Under the pieces are notes generated by a model. The model was given only the letters and a program-made list of their open reading frames with translations. It had not been told where the DNA came from and made no database searches. Positions 49,780-60,420 of a DNA stretch of 64,000 bases are shown here, in pieces. The stretch comes from Candidatus Latescibacterota bacterium. GTDB lineage: Bacteria; Latescibacterota; UBA2968. The stretch lies in assembly GCA_965116885.1 (NCBI GenBank), contig OZ220741.1, positions 3,616,001 through 3,680,000 of the forward strand, read 5' to 3'. Position numbers and translations under genes: made by a program. The first letter of the stretch is position 1; every line of letters begins with the position of its first letter.

Positions 49780-49811
49780 AAAAGGCCATTTCCATTGGGA
49801 GGTGGCCTTTT
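49780..49811. terminator. Bidirectional intrinsic terminator
   Basis: AAAAGGCCATTTCC/GGAGGTGGCCTTTT between convergent genes. Confidence 0.8.
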
Positions 49812-49847
49812 GATTTTTGAGTCTGAGCGGGATGTTGCCTGATCCCT

Positions 49848-50357
49848 TTAGTATTTGATCGCATAGATCTCGACAAATTCGCCGTAGTGCCAGATGTAAT
49901 ACGCCGTGCGATAGTGCGATTTGGATCTGCCAGTTCGGGCGGCGCGTTCAATGGCTTCGGGAGGATTGACGATCAGGAGTTTGCTGTCGAGACGAAAACG
50001 AAAGCCCAGATGCGTGACAAATGGTGCGAAGATCACACTGCCTGTTCGCGCGTCGATAACGGCGAATTGCTGGCATTCTTCACCGCAAAACCACCGCACG
50101 ATGGTTTGATCGCCTGCAAAATTGGGACCGATTTTGGTGCCCTGGATCAAGCGATCTTTGAATCGAATCGCGCGCGGATGGCTCACGAGATTGACAGGAC
50201 GCGGTTTGTCTTTGTAAATTTGGTATTCGGGAATCGCAAACTGTTCAAATTCGGGTTTTTCAGTCACACGGTCAGGTGCTTCGGGTAACTCGAATTCGGG
50301 CATACAGGCAAATAATATCAAAAAGAGAACGGGATAGATCGACTTGTATTTTGGCAT
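49848..50357 (-). CDS. Hypothetical lipoprotein
   Basis: Lipobox LFAC; PNFAG...CG..C motif. Confidence 0.75.
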   Translation of the reverse strand: MPKYKSIYPVLFLILFACMPEFELPEAPDRVTEKPEFEQFAIPEYQIYKDKPRPVNLVSHPRAIRFKDRLIQGTKIGPNFAGDQTIVRWFCGEECQQFAVIDARTGSVIFAPFVTHLGFRFRLDSKLLIVNPPEAIERAARTGRSKSHYRTAYYIWHYGEFVEIYAIKY

Positions 50358-50469
50358 GCGTCATTTCTCGGCGATAATGGATGTCGTTGATACCATTAAC
50401 TACGCACCAAATGGCTTTTTCGTCAATATTTACCCAATTGAAAACAGATTCAATTTTGTGAGGATATCC

Positions 50470-51429
50470 ATGAGAGACAAACTAAATGCGGTTGTTCAGC
50501 CGCACAATTTTTCGGGTGTGGTTCTCGTCGTGCGATCGAGAGAGCGATTATTGGCGCAAGGATATGGGATGGCTGATTTGGAAAACAACGTGCCACATGC
50601 CCTGCATACCAAATTTCGCATTGGCTCCATAACCAAGACATTTACTGCAATGGCGGTGATGATATTGGCCGAGCAGGGCAAACTCCAAATAGACGATTTG
50701 CTCTCTGAGTATTTACCGGACATTCCCGATCACTGGACCGGGATCACATTACACCATCTGCTGAGCAATACGGCGGGGATTATGCATGTGTGGGAACTGC
50801 CCGGTTTTTCCGATACCATGTCGCTGAAAGCAACCCCTGCTGAGACAATTCAAAAAGTCGCGGATCGGCCCCTCGTGGCACCGCCGGGTACAAAATACCA
50901 TTATAGCGGAACGGGATTTTTTGTATTGTCGCAAGTGATCGAAAAAGTGTCGGGTCAATCATATCAGAATTTTTTGAAAGCGCACATATTTGACCTTATA
51001 GAGATGGTCGATACGGGATGCGATCATCCCGATCCAATTTTGCCACATCGCGCACGCGGGTATGCCCCTGCAGAGAATGGCGTGATCAATTCGCCGATGA
51101 TCTATATGCCGATTCTGACTGGTGGGGGAAATTTGTATTCCACAGCAGAAGATCTGGCGAAGTGGGATGCCGCGCTCAGCGATGGCAGGCTGATTTCACA
51201 GGCATCTTACGAGCAGATGTTTACGCCGGTGTTGAACAATTACGCCTATGGTTGGCGCGTGGAGGACAATGGAAGACGGTCTGTTATGCACGGCGGTGGC
51301 GTATCGGGATTCAGCACGGTTTTGTTGCGATTTTTAGATGACGAGGTCTGTATTATTGTATTGAGCAATGTGCATCCCGCTCCTGTAAAATCCATTGCGC
51401 AACAACTCGCGGCGGTTGTGTTTGCCTGA
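50470..51429 (+). CDS. Serine hydrolase, beta-lactamase class C-like
   Basis: SITK (SxxK), YS, HGGG. Confidence 0.9.
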   Translation: MRDKLNAVVQPHNFSGVVLVVRSRERLLAQGYGMADLENNVPHALHTKFRIGSITKTFTAMAVMILAEQGKLQIDDLLSEYLPDIPDHWTGITLHHLLSNTAGIMHVWELPGFSDTMSLKATPAETIQKVADRPLVAPPGTKYHYSGTGFFVLSQVIEKVSGQSYQNFLKAHIFDLIEMVDTGCDHPDPILPHRARGYAPAENGVINSPMIYMPILTGGGNLYSTAEDLAKWDAALSDGRLISQASYEQMFTPVLNNYAYGWRVEDNGRRSVMHGGGVSGFSTVLLRFLDDEVCIIVLSNVHPAPVKSIAQQLAAVVFA

Positions 51430-51522
51430 GCAACACCGCTGAGTATTGCGCGTTGCTTGACTCCCCACTATCCATTGGGTACATTTGCATATCATTCACG
51501 TCATGATATAGAGGAGCTTGTT

Positions 51523-52602
51523 ATGAGCAGCACATTTGGTCGCGCATTTCGCATCACCACATGGGGGGAGTCACACGGTGGTGGCGTTGGTGTTGTTCTG
51601 GATGGATGCCCGCCCGGCCTGGAGATCAGCGAAGGAGATATCCAGGTTGAACTCGACCGCCGCAAACCTGGCCAGAGCAAAATTACCACACAGCGCAAAG
51701 AAGAAGACCAGATAGAAATCCATTCGGGTCTTTTTGAGGGCAAAACCCTGGGTACGCCCATATCGATGATGGTGTGGAATCAGGATGCGCGTTCCAAAGA
51801 TTACGAAGAAATACGCACCAAATATCGCCCTTCGCACGCCGACTACACATACCAGCAAAAATACGGTATTCGCAACTGGAAAGGGGGGGGCAGAGCCAGC
51901 GCGCGCGAGACAATCGGCCGCGTTGCAGCGGGTGCGGTCGCGCGCAAATTGCTCAAACGCGATTGCAATATTGACATTATCGCTTATGTGCGTCAGGTTC
52001 ACACCCTTGTTGCCAATGTCGATCCCGTCACGGTTACCCGCGAGCAGGTCGAGTCGAATATCGCCCGCGTACCCGATTCCGAGATTGCCGAGCAAATCAT
52101 TCGGCGCATCGATGCTGCCCGCAAAGATGGCGACTCTCTCGGTGGCGTGGTCGAAGCCGTTGCCCATCGCGTTCCTCCCGGCTGGGGCGAACCCATCTTT
52201 GACAAACTCGAAGCCGACCTCGCAAAATCTATGCTTTCACTGCCCGCCTGCAAAGGCTTTGAATCTGGCTCTGGTTTTGGCGGTATTGCGATGACTGGCT
52301 CTGCACACAACGATCCTTTTTACAACGATGGCAGCGGGATTCACACGCGCACAAATCATTCCGGCGGTATTCAGGGCGGTATCTCCAACGGCGAACCCGT
52401 TGTCATTCGCGCAGCTTTCAAGCCCACTGCTACGATTTTGGCCGAGCAAGAAACCGTCGATATCCACGGCAAATCCACCACGCTCAAAGGGCGCGGTAGG
52501 CACGACCCCTGCGTCTTACCTCGCGCAGTCCCCATTGTCGAAGCGATGATGGCACTCGTACTGGCGGACCACTATTTGCGCCAGCGCGGACAAAGAGGGT
52601 GA
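51523..52602 (+). CDS. aroC: Chorismate synthase
   Basis: [27 protein letters not shown]. Confidence 0.97.
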   Translation: MSSTFGRAFRITTWGESHGGGVGVVLDGCPPGLEISEGDIQVELDRRKPGQSKITTQRKEEDQIEIHSGLFEGKTLGTPISMMVWNQDARSKDYEEIRTKYRPSHADYTYQQKYGIRNWKGGGRASARETIGRVAAGAVARKLLKRDCNIDIIAYVRQVHTLVANVDPVTVTREQVESNIARVPDSEIAEQIIRRIDAARKDGDSLGGVVEAVAHRVPPGWGEPIFDKLEADLAKSMLSLPACKGFESGSGFGGIAMTGSAHNDPFYNDGSGIHTRTNHSGGIQGGISNGEPVVIRAAFKPTATILAEQETVDIHGKSTTLKGRGRHDPCVLPRAVPIVEAMMALVLADHYLRQRGQRG

Positions 52603-52605
52603 AAA

Positions 52606-54252
52606 ATGATCGATTCCCAAATTTTCACCTGTATTAAAAATGCCAACACCCACACCTATCGCTTTCCGTGGCGGAATTTTACGCATCTTTTAAAAGATCG
52701 CGCAGAGCATCAACCAGATAAACCCGCGTTGATCTTTTGCGATTGCGATACGGATGCTCGCACGGTTATTACCTATTCTGAAGTTGAACGCCTCACCGCT
52801 GCGCTTGCGGGTCTGATGCACCGCGAATACGGCATAAGATGTGGCGATCGCGTCGGTCTTGCCTTGCCCAATTGTGCAGAAATTCCCCTGCTTACCCTTG
52901 CCCTCTTTCGCCTCGGCGCAACTTCTGTTCCCCTTGACCTTGCCAAAGATGTTGCCGAGCGCAAGCGCTACAAACTGCAGAATGCCGGGGCCAGGTTGCT
53001 CGTTGTTTTGCCCGAACATGCGAAAATTCAACGCCGCGCATTACCCGATATCCAGATTGTGACAACAGAGCAGTTGCTCGCCGCCGATGGATATGACGCA
53101 GTGGATATTGAGCCTGAGTGGTCTGGCGATCCAGAGGGCGAACAATACACCGGCATTGTGCTGTACACATCGGGTACAACAGGCCATCCCAAAGGCGCGT
53201 GTATTACCCGACAGAGCCTTACATCCAATGCCGATGGCATTATTCAGTGGCTCGGATTTGATGCACGCGAACGCCTCAACCTCGTTTTACCACTTCATCA
53301 TATCAATTCCACCACGTTTTCGATCACCAGCCTCATGGTGGGGGGGAGCCTTGTGCTCAATTCGCGCTACAGTGTTTCGGCGTTCTGGCGTATCATATCG
53401 CGGGAGCGGGCGACATCTGCGAGTATTGTACCGACGATTATGGCTGATCTGATCGCCCGCGCCGATGACTTTGAGCGCGAGGGCTATGACATATCTTCAC
53501 TAAAAAAAATTATGATCGGCTCGGCACCTGTTCAGCCCAATATTGCCTGCCAGTTTGTCGATCGCTTTGGCGTTCGTCTCGTTCAAGGGTATGGCTCAAC
53601 CGAAGTTAGTTTGCGCGTTACCGGCGTACCACCCGATTTGCGCGATGAACAGTATCGCGATGTGCTGGAACAAAATGCCATTGGTGTTGAGCTTGCGAAT
53701 AATAACATAAGAATTGATGGTGGGCGAAACGAAGGCGATATCGGCGAAATCCTCGTGCGCGGTCCCGTGGTTGCCAATGGCTACCTCAATCAGCCCAAAG
53801 ATACTGCCGAAGTTTTTTGCAATGGCTGGTTCCGCAGTGGCGACATGGGATATTTCCGCGACCTGTATAACCATCGTTTCTATTTTATTCACGGTCGAAC
53901 AAAAGAAATCATTATCAAAGGCGGTGTCAATATATCACCCATCGCCGTTGAAAATGCCCTGCTCGACGCCTGTCCAGAACTCGACGCTGTTTATGTGATT
54001 GGTCTTCGTCATGACCGATGGGGGGAAGACGTTTGTGCAGCGGCTATTTTTAAATCTGGGACCGACCAGTCCGAGGCAGCCCAGGATATTCTCAGACGCG
54101 GACAAAGCGGCCAAGTCCCAGGCTTGAGTACTTACGAAGCCCCTTCTCGCATTATCCCAATTACACCTGAAGATCGCCCGTTGACCTCTACGGGTAAAGT
54201 TCAGCGCAGCACCCTGCAAGAGATTATCCAAAACCAGATTGACAATGCGTGA
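52606..54252 (+). CDS. Class I adenylate-forming enzyme (acyl-CoA ligase)
   Basis: YTSGTTGHPKG, GYGSTE, SGDMG, TGK. Confidence 0.9.
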   Translation: MIDSQIFTCIKNANTHTYRFPWRNFTHLLKDRAEHQPDKPALIFCDCDTDARTVITYSEVERLTAALAGLMHREYGIRCGDRVGLALPNCAEIPLLTLALFRLGATSVPLDLAKDVAERKRYKLQNAGARLLVVLPEHAKIQRRALPDIQIVTTEQLLAADGYDAVDIEPEWSGDPEGEQYTGIVLYTSGTTGHPKGACITRQSLTSNADGIIQWLGFDARERLNLVLPLHHINSTTFSITSLMVGGSLVLNSRYSVSAFWRIISRERATSASIVPTIMADLIARADDFEREGYDISSLKKIMIGSAPVQPNIACQFVDRFGVRLVQGYGSTEVSLRVTGVPPDLRDEQYRDVLEQNAIGVELANNNIRIDGGRNEGDIGEILVRGPVVANGYLNQPKDTAEVFCNGWFRSGDMGYFRDLYNHRFYFIHGRTKEIIIKGGVNISPIAVENALLDACPELDAVYVIGLRHDRWGEDVCAAAIFKSGTDQSEAAQDILRRGQSGQVPGLSTYEAPSRIIPITPEDRPLTSTGKVQRSTLQEIIQNQIDNA

Positions 54253-54329
54253 ACTCCTGTCTGCGATTGACACAATTTGTCCGGTGTATTATATAGGGAC
54301 TGGCTACTGACTACTTTCTGGTGATTGTC

Positions 54330-54650
54330 ATGTTGCGTATTTTTCTCCTCCTATTTCGTCTCTTGCGCGTACGCGGTGTCTTGTCAATCATCTCTCGACT
54401 CCCAAAATACTTGCGCCTTACCTGGCGACTTTTATGGGATTCTCGCATACCTTTATTGCCCAAAGTGTTTGTAATTTTAACCGTTTTATACGGGCTTTCT
54501 CCTTTTGATATTATCCCAGAGGCAATTCTTCCCCATATCGGACTGGGAGATGACATCGTGTTTGTTATCCTGTCTATTCGCAATTTGATCGCGGCCAGTC
54601 CGCAGAATATCGTCCAGGAGCACGCCCGCAAGATTGCAGAGAAGTCGTGA
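54330..54650 (+). CDS. DUF1232 (YkvA-like) membrane protein
   Basis: YGLSPFDIIPE...GLGDD. Confidence 0.8.
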   Translation: MLRIFLLLFRLLRVRGVLSIISRLPKYLRLTWRLLWDSRIPLLPKVFVILTVLYGLSPFDIIPEAILPHIGLGDDIVFVILSIRNLIAASPQNIVQEHARKIAEKS

Positions 54651-54653
54651 TTT

Positions 54654-55748
54654 ATGTCTCGCATGGATTTCAAAACACAGATCGCTGCCGATCTTCTTAC
54701 GTGGTATCGCAAGTATAAACGCGATTTGCCGTGGCGACAGACAGACGATCCCTATCGCATCCTGTTGTCTGAGTTTATGCTCCAGCAAACGCAGGTCGAT
54801 ACTGTTATTCCCTATTACCATCGTTTTCTCGACCGTTTTCCCACGGTTTACGACCTCGCCAATGCCTCACAGGATGATGTCCTCAAAGCCTGGGAGGGAT
54901 TGGGCTATTACGCTCGCGCCCGCAATTTGCACAAAGCCGCGCATTCTATTGCCACAGATTTTGGCGGTACAGTGCCCGATACCTACGACGAACTCAAATC
55001 CCTACCCGGATTTGGGCCTTATACCACAGCCGCAGTTTTGAGCATTGCTTATGATCGCGACCATGCCGTGCTCGATGGCAATGTTATTCGCGTTGTCACG
55101 CGTCTCTTTGATATTGGTGACGACGTCACGCAAACCCGCGTCAAAAATCAATTGTGGAACCTCGCCCAGACCCTGTTGCCAAAAGGTGAAGCAGGTACCT
55201 ATAATCAGGCGATTATGGAACTCGGTGCAATGGTCTGTACTGCCAAAAACCCGGTGTGCGATCAGTGTCCCGTGCAAAAATACTGTGCCGCGTACAAGAC
55301 CGGAAATCCGCAGCGTCTGCCCGTCAAAGCCAAAAAGAAACCACGCCCCCATCATACGCTGTGCGCGGGTATTGTGTGGCACAATGGCAAAGTGCTCATT
55401 ACCCAACGCCCGCAAAATGGCTTACTCGGCGGGCTTTGGGAATTTCCCGCAGGAACGCAACAGGACGGGGCGTCTTTGCAAGATACTTGCAGGCGTGGGA
55501 TAAGAGAAATCGCGGGTATTGATGTCGAAATTGACGATCGCTACCGCACCGTCAAGCACGCTTTTACGCACTTTAGTATCACCTTGCACACTTTCCAGTG
55601 CCATTATGTCAAGGGCAGGGCGCGTCCACTCCTGTGTGACAATCTCGCCTGGATTATGCGTGCCGATTTCAACGCTTATGCTTTTTCTCGCACCAGCCGC
55701 AAACTCATTGAGTATCTACAACAAGATGTCCAAACCGGCCTTTTTTGA
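54654..55748 (+). CDS. mutY: A/G-specific adenine glycosylase
   Basis: RDLPWR, MLQQTQV, GLGYYARA, HhH motif, FeS cysteines, LWEFP. Confidence 0.97.
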   Translation: MSRMDFKTQIAADLLTWYRKYKRDLPWRQTDDPYRILLSEFMLQQTQVDTVIPYYHRFLDRFPTVYDLANASQDDVLKAWEGLGYYARARNLHKAAHSIATDFGGTVPDTYDELKSLPGFGPYTTAAVLSIAYDRDHAVLDGNVIRVVTRLFDIGDDVTQTRVKNQLWNLAQTLLPKGEAGTYNQAIMELGAMVCTAKNPVCDQCPVQKYCAAYKTGNPQRLPVKAKKKPRPHHTLCAGIVWHNGKVLITQRPQNGLLGGLWEFPAGTQQDGASLQDTCRRGIREIAGIDVEIDDRYRTVKHAFTHFSITLHTFQCHYVKGRARPLLCDNLAWIMRADFNAYAFSRTSRKLIEYLQQDVQTGLF

Positions 55749-55775
55749 TTTGAACACAGTCTCTGGGAGGGTTTC

Positions 55776-56594
55776 ATGAAACTCGAAAACAAAATCGCGC
55801 TCATCACGGGTGCGGGATCGGGCATTGGCAAAGCCATTGCGCTCGAAATGGGCAATGCAGGCGCGCATATCGCCGTTAACGATCTCACGGCCGAAACAGC
55901 CGGAATTACCGCACGCCAGATTGAAGACCTCGGACGCGAGGCTCTTGTCATCCCCGCAGATGTGGCTGACTCGGAGCAGGTCGAGAATATGGTTCAGCAG
56001 ACGCTCAATCGCTTCGGGCGCATCGATATTCTGGTCAACAATGCCGGTGTGTACATTCCTCAGGATGGCGGCGTTACAGCTATTACAGATGAAGCGTGGC
56101 AGCGCATTCTGGATGTCAATCTCAATGGCCCTTTTTATTGTAGTCGCGCCGTTGTCAAAGACATGATAGCGCGCAAGCAGGGCGGTAAAATTATCAATAT
56201 TTCGTCTGTACAGGCCGAGGTCGCGCATTTTGACGCTTCTGCCTATCAGCCCTCTAAAGCCGCTGTGGTCATGCTCACGCGAACCCTTGCCGTGGAACTC
56301 GCGCCTTACAAAATCAATGTCAATGCCATTGGTCCGGGTGCTATTGCATCTGAAGGTATGGGAGCCTCATTAGGTCCTGAAGTTATCGAAGCCTACCGCA
56401 AACGCATCCCCTGGGGTGCTCGCGGATATACCCGTGATATTGGAACTGTCGCCGCCTTTCTGGCTTCGGAAGACGCGGGCTATATCACGGGCCAAATCAT
56501 CTACGTCGATGGTGGTTATTTGTCTGACAGCACACCGACGGAGCTAAAATCACAAGATCATCCCGTGCCACCCGACGATCCGGATCCGAAATAA
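55776..56594 (+). CDS. Short-chain dehydrogenase/reductase
   Basis: TGAGSGIG, NNAG, YQPSK. Confidence 0.93.
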   Translation: MKLENKIALITGAGSGIGKAIALEMGNAGAHIAVNDLTAETAGITARQIEDLGREALVIPADVADSEQVENMVQQTLNRFGRIDILVNNAGVYIPQDGGVTAITDEAWQRILDVNLNGPFYCSRAVVKDMIARKQGGKIINISSVQAEVAHFDASAYQPSKAAVVMLTRTLAVELAPYKINVNAIGPGAIASEGMGASLGPEVIEAYRKRIPWGARGYTRDIGTVAAFLASEDAGYITGQIIYVDGGYLSDSTPTELKSQDHPVPPDDPDPK

Positions 56595-56595
56595 T

Positions 56596-57342
56596 ATGAT
56601 TTCTCAAAATCTCACCAATAGAACGGCTATTATCACCGGTGCCGCACAGGGTATTGGAAAAGCGATTGCTATACGCCTGGCTGAGGCCGGTGCAACTGTG
56701 GCGATTGCCGATCTCAATCTGGACAGCGCGCGCGAAACGGCTCGAGAAATCGGGGCAGGTGCATTGGCCCTGTCGCTCGATGTTGCAAATGCCGGGCGTG
56801 TGCAAAATAGTGTTGACGAATGTCTCAGTATCTGGGGACGTATCGACATCCTCGTCAATAACGCGGGCATTGTGGGACGCGATGTGCCGGTCAAAGATCT
56901 CACAGAAGGGGACTGGGACCAGGTTCTCGATATCAATCTCAAAGGGACTTTTTTGTGTTCGCGCGCTGTAATAGCGCCTATGCTCAAACAAAAAAAAGGC
57001 GCCATTGTCTCGGTCGCCTCTATAGCAGGCAAAGAAGGCAATCCCAGTATGGCACCTTATTCTGTCTCTAAAGCGGGTATTATATGTTTTACCAAAGCCC
57101 TGGCCAAGGAGCATCTCGAGGACAATATTCGCGTCAACTGCGTCTCGCCAGCTCTGATCGAAACCCCACTTTTGGCAGATGTGGAGCCAGAGCAACTCGG
57201 TTACATGACGTCCAAAATTCCCCTCGGTCGCCTCGGCCAGCCGGAAGAAGTCGCCGCTGTTGTCCACTTTCTCGCATCCGACGATGCCTCTTTTGTGACC
57301 GGGCAGTGTTATGATGTCAGCGGTGGCAGGGCGACGTATTGA
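56596..57342 (+). CDS. Short-chain dehydrogenase/reductase (FabG-like)
   Basis: TGAAQGIG, NNAG, YSVSK. Confidence 0.93.
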   Translation: MISQNLTNRTAIITGAAQGIGKAIAIRLAEAGATVAIADLNLDSARETAREIGAGALALSLDVANAGRVQNSVDECLSIWGRIDILVNNAGIVGRDVPVKDLTEGDWDQVLDINLKGTFLCSRAVIAPMLKQKKGAIVSVASIAGKEGNPSMAPYSVSKAGIICFTKALAKEHLEDNIRVNCVSPALIETPLLADVEPEQLGYMTSKIPLGRLGQPEEVAAVVHFLASDDASFVTGQCYDVSGGRATY

Positions 57343-57348
57343 TAGGAT

Positions 57349-57513
57349 TTACCCGAGCGGTCGCGCGCTGAATACTTCTCTCAAATAGAGAACGACCCAT
57401 CCGATAGCTGTCACCGCTACCGCTATACCCACAGCAATCAGACATAGAAACCATCCCGGCGGTCGAGAATCTGGATCGTGATAGGGGTTTCGTCGGGGAT
57501 CGTCCCAGCGCAT
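57349..57513 (-). CDS. Small single-pass membrane protein (54 aa)
   Basis: MRWDDPRRNPYHDPDSRPPGWFLCLIAVGIAVAVTAIGWVVLYLREVFSARPLG; AGGA RBS; fills the gap. Confidence 0.6.
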   Translation of the reverse strand: MRWDDPRRNPYHDPDSRPPGWFLCLIAVGIAVAVTAIGWVVLYLREVFSARPLG

Positions 57514-57540
57514 GGTCGTGTCCTGAGTAGTATCAGCAAT

Positions 57541-57981
57541 TTATTGATTTAGATCTTCTGAAAATTCAGTGCCTTCTGGCACATCTGTATCGCTCTCAAA
57601 GCAGATACTAAATCCATCCGGGTCGTTCAATGAAACAACCCACATTCCGTTTCCGACAAAGGGATTCGATACCTCGATCCCCCGATTCTTGATTCTGCGA
57701 TAGATCGTCAGGGCATCTTCGCACATGAATACAATCGAGACGCCTTCGCCCACTTTTCCTTCGGGCACCCATGAATTGTGTCCCTCCTTTTGGTATTCCT
57801 GCAACATCAGCGCAGCGTCCCCGCATTGGAGCCAGCACCAGCGAAGTTTCCCATCCGGTTCCCATTTATGGATCATTTCAAATCCGAGAACATCGACATA
57901 GAAGCGGACAGACGCTTTGATGTTTGATACCGAAAAGAATGGGATCGCCTGTTTGACATTTGGTTTTGCTTCAACGGTCAT
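57541..57981 (-). CDS. VOC/glyoxalase family protein
   Basis: ASVRFYVDVLGF, DPDGF. Confidence 0.85.
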   Translation of the reverse strand: MTVEAKPNVKQAIPFFSVSNIKASVRFYVDVLGFEMIHKWEPDGKLRWCWLQCGDAALMLQEYQKEGHNSWVPEGKVGEGVSIVFMCEDALTIYRRIKNRGIEVSNPFVGNGMWVVSLNDPDGFSICFESDTDVPEGTEFSEDLNQ

Positions 57982-58011
57982 TATTTGCTCCTTATGTTTT
58001 TAGAAGTGTGG

Positions 58012-58161
58012 TTATTGAAAGATATAAAATTCCGCAATGACGGGATCAATGCCGCGAACATAGAGTAGTAAAATTATTGCGAGGATAATAAAGAGAGCGA
58101 CGCAGAGGAGCACAAACCCATTTTTTTGGTGCCATTTGGGGGGGATGTTGGGATCGTTCAT
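58012..58161 (-). CDS. Small single-pass membrane protein (49 aa)
   Basis: MNDPNIPPKWHQKNGFVLLCVALFIILAIILLLYVRGIDPVIAEFYIFQ; ATGA overlap with the rdgB stop. Confidence 0.65.
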   Translation of the reverse strand: MNDPNIPPKWHQKNGFVLLCVALFIILAIILLLYVRGIDPVIAEFYIFQ

Positions 58162-58763
58162 GGTATGGACGCGCTGAAAAGGTCGAGAATGAGGGGTAAG
58201 ATGGCACGTAGCGCCTGGCCCCGATGACTGATGCGATTTTTTTCGTCAGAAGATAGCTCGGCGGAAGTGGCGTTTTGGGTGGGAACGTAAAAGAGCGGAT
58301 CGTAGCCAAAGCCATTCGCGCCTCGGGGTGTTGTGAGGATGCGGCCCTTCCAGATAGCTTCGGAGGTCTGTACGCGGCCATCAGGTGAGGCGAGAGCCAT
58401 CGCGCAGCAGAAGTGCGCGGTGCGCTGTTTCGCGGGAATGTCGCGCATGTTTTCGATGAGTTTGGCATTATTTGCCTTATCCGTGGCATCTTCCCCAGCG
58501 TAACGTGCGGAATATATGCCGGGTGCGCCATTTAAGGCGTCAACCACAAGGCCAGAGTCATCGGCCAAAGCAGGCAAGCCCGTGTATTTTGCAATTTCAC
58601 GGGCTTTTTTTATGGCATTGGCTTCAAAGGTTTCGCCGTCTTCGATTACTTTGGGCGCGTTGGGAAATGCATCGAGCGAGATTACTTGAATCTCAGAGTC
58701 GAGCAGGTTCTGGATTTCCCGGCACTTGCCTTGATTGCGGGTGGCGAGTATGAGGGTAGGCAT
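58158..58763 (-). CDS. rdgB: XTP/dITP diphosphatase
   Basis: ATRNQGK, ADDSGL, GFGYDP, SHRG. Confidence 0.95.
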   Translation of the reverse strand: MPTLILATRNQGKCREIQNLLDSEIQVISLDAFPNAPKVIEDGETFEANAIKKAREIAKYTGLPALADDSGLVVDALNGAPGIYSARYAGEDATDKANNAKLIENMRDIPAKQRTAHFCCAMALASPDGRVQTSEAIWKGRILTTPRGANGFGYDPLFYVPTQNATSAELSSDEKNRISHRGQALRAILPLILDLFSASIP

Positions 58764-58830
58764 AGGTGTGATCCGCAGATGAACGCAGATAAAGAAGAGG
58801 GGCTGAGGACTGGCTACTGACAACTGGTTA

Positions 58831-59547
58831 CTATTGCGCCAAAACATCGCGCTGGAGTTGGGTGATTTCGGAGATGCCCTTTTGGGCGAGGGTGATGAGG
58901 TGTTGCATTTGATCGAATGTGAAGGGATTTCCTTCGGCTGTACCCTGTACCTCGACAAAGTTGCCCTGACCGGTCATGACGATATTCATATCCACTTCGG
59001 CGGTTGCATCCTCGGCATAACACAAATCGAGCAGGGGCGTGTTGCCAATGATGCCCACGCTGACGGCGGCGACGGAATCGCCAAGAGGATTTTTGGTAAT
59101 CCTGCCCTCATTTTTGAGCTTGTCAATCGCATCGACGACTGCAACATAAGCTCCCGAAATTGAAGCTGTGCGGGTGCCGCCGTCGGCTTGTAACACATCG
59201 CAGTCGATCCAGAGGGTGCGCGAGCCGAGTTTTTTGAGGTCGATCACGGCACGCAGTGCGCGGCCAATAAGGCGTTGAATTTCCTGGGTTCTGCCCTTAG
59301 TACCGCGCGTTTCGCGCTCGCTGCGCGTATGGGTTGAACGGGGCAACATGGCGTATTCTGCCGTGATCCAGCCCGTGTTTTTGCCCACGAGAAAATGGGG
59401 TACGCGGTTCTCAACACTGGCTGTGCATATAACGTGTGTATCACCCATTTTGATCAGTGCCGATCCTTCGGCGTGTTTCATAAATCCGCGTTCAATACTC
59501 ACGGGACGCAACTGATCTGGGCGGCGTCCATCTATGCGCTGGCTCAT
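58831..59547 (-). CDS. rph: Ribonuclease PH
   Basis: [24 protein letters not shown]. Confidence 0.97.
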   Translation of the reverse strand: MSQRIDGRRPDQLRPVSIERGFMKHAEGSALIKMGDTHVICTASVENRVPHFLVGKNTGWITAEYAMLPRSTHTRSERETRGTKGRTQEIQRLIGRALRAVIDLKKLGSRTLWIDCDVLQADGGTRTASISGAYVAVVDAIDKLKNEGRITKNPLGDSVAAVSVGIIGNTPLLDLCYAEDATAEVDMNIVMTGQGNFVEVQGTAEGNPFTFDQMQHLITLAQKGISEITQLQRDVLAQ

Positions 59548-59562
59548 AAGTACTCCTTGTTA

Positions 59563-60417
59563 TTACCGTGGATCGATCCATTTCTCTTCGGGATTGCCCA
59601 ATTCGCGGAAGTCTTGCCCGGTGACGTGGATGATATGACACATTTCGAGAAAACGAGAATAGATGCGACCCTGTGCGAGGTCTTTCAATTCATCGGCTTT
59701 TTGGTTTGTGGTCACAAAGGTCAGGCGTTGATTGGCATAGCGAGCGTCAATGAGGTTGTAGAGGATTTCCAATTCCCATTCGGTATTGCGCTGCACACCA
59801 AAATCGTCGATGACGAGATAGGGAACATTGCTCAGTATATCAATCATGGGCATGGCCTGCCCATGTGTATCACTGCTTTCGTCAAATGTGTGTCTGAGTT
59901 CCTGAAAGCTCTTTGAGAGGGAGATAAATTTGCCGGGTTTTACAAACCGAAAAATGAGTTCGTTGAGCAAAATATAAGCAAAGTAAGTTTTTCCTCGACC
60001 CGGCTCACCCCACAAATAGAAGCCTTTAATCGATGCTTTATTGCCGTAAATATTATCGACTAAGGTACTGAAATAGGACTTGAGGAGTGTCGCTCCCTGT
60101 ATGATCTGCCCATTGTCATGCTGCACCTTAAAGTCCTCTAAGAACTTAAAGCGAAAAGGTGCAGGTATGCCCGATTTTCGGATGTATTTGTCAATGTGGA
60201 TTATTTTTTTTCGAAAGGGATAACACGGGCACCAGGTGGGTTCGCCGCTCTTTGGCTCCAGGGTCATAAAAGGCGACTTGCCGCCGCATCGACAGTGTTC
60301 GAGGACTTTTGGAGAGAGTGTGATTTTTCCGTGAAGTCCCGCTTCGACATGGGGGTCGTAGTCGTAGCCGAGGTCATTGGGGGGGAGGTCAATGACTGTT
60401 GTGTGTACAGGTGTGAT
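59563..60417 (-). CDS. DnaC/IstB-like AAA+ ATPase (start uncertain: ATC at 60417 proposed, first ATG at 60267)
   Basis: Walker A GEPGRGKT, Walker B LVIDDFG, TTN, RIYSRF; the frame is open up to the smpB stop. Confidence 0.8.
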   Translation of the reverse strand: MTPVHTTVIDLPPNDLGYDYDPHVEAGLHGKITLSPKVLEHCRCGGKSPFMTLEPKSGEPTWCPCYPFRKKIIHIDKYIRKSGIPAPFRFKFLEDFKVQHDNGQIIQGATLLKSYFSTLVDNIYGNKASIKGFYLWGEPGRGKTYFAYILLNELIFRFVKPGKFISLSKSFQELRHTFDESSDTHGQAMPMIDILSNVPYLVIDDFGVQRNTEWELEILYNLIDARYANQRLTFVTTNQKADELKDLAQGRIYSRFLEMCHIIHVTGQDFRELGNPEEKWIDPR

Positions 60418-60420
60418 GAT

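Noticed and set aside
54267..54295. Promoter before the DUF1232 gene
   Set aside because: TTGACA is present but the -10 spacing or match is poor.
58764..58958. N-terminal extension of RdgB
   Set aside because: It overlaps rph and intergenic repeats; the family sequence starts at 58763.
59563..60267. IS21 element (IstB)
   Set aside because: No IstA transposase or terminal repeats; the gene is embedded in a housekeeping operon.
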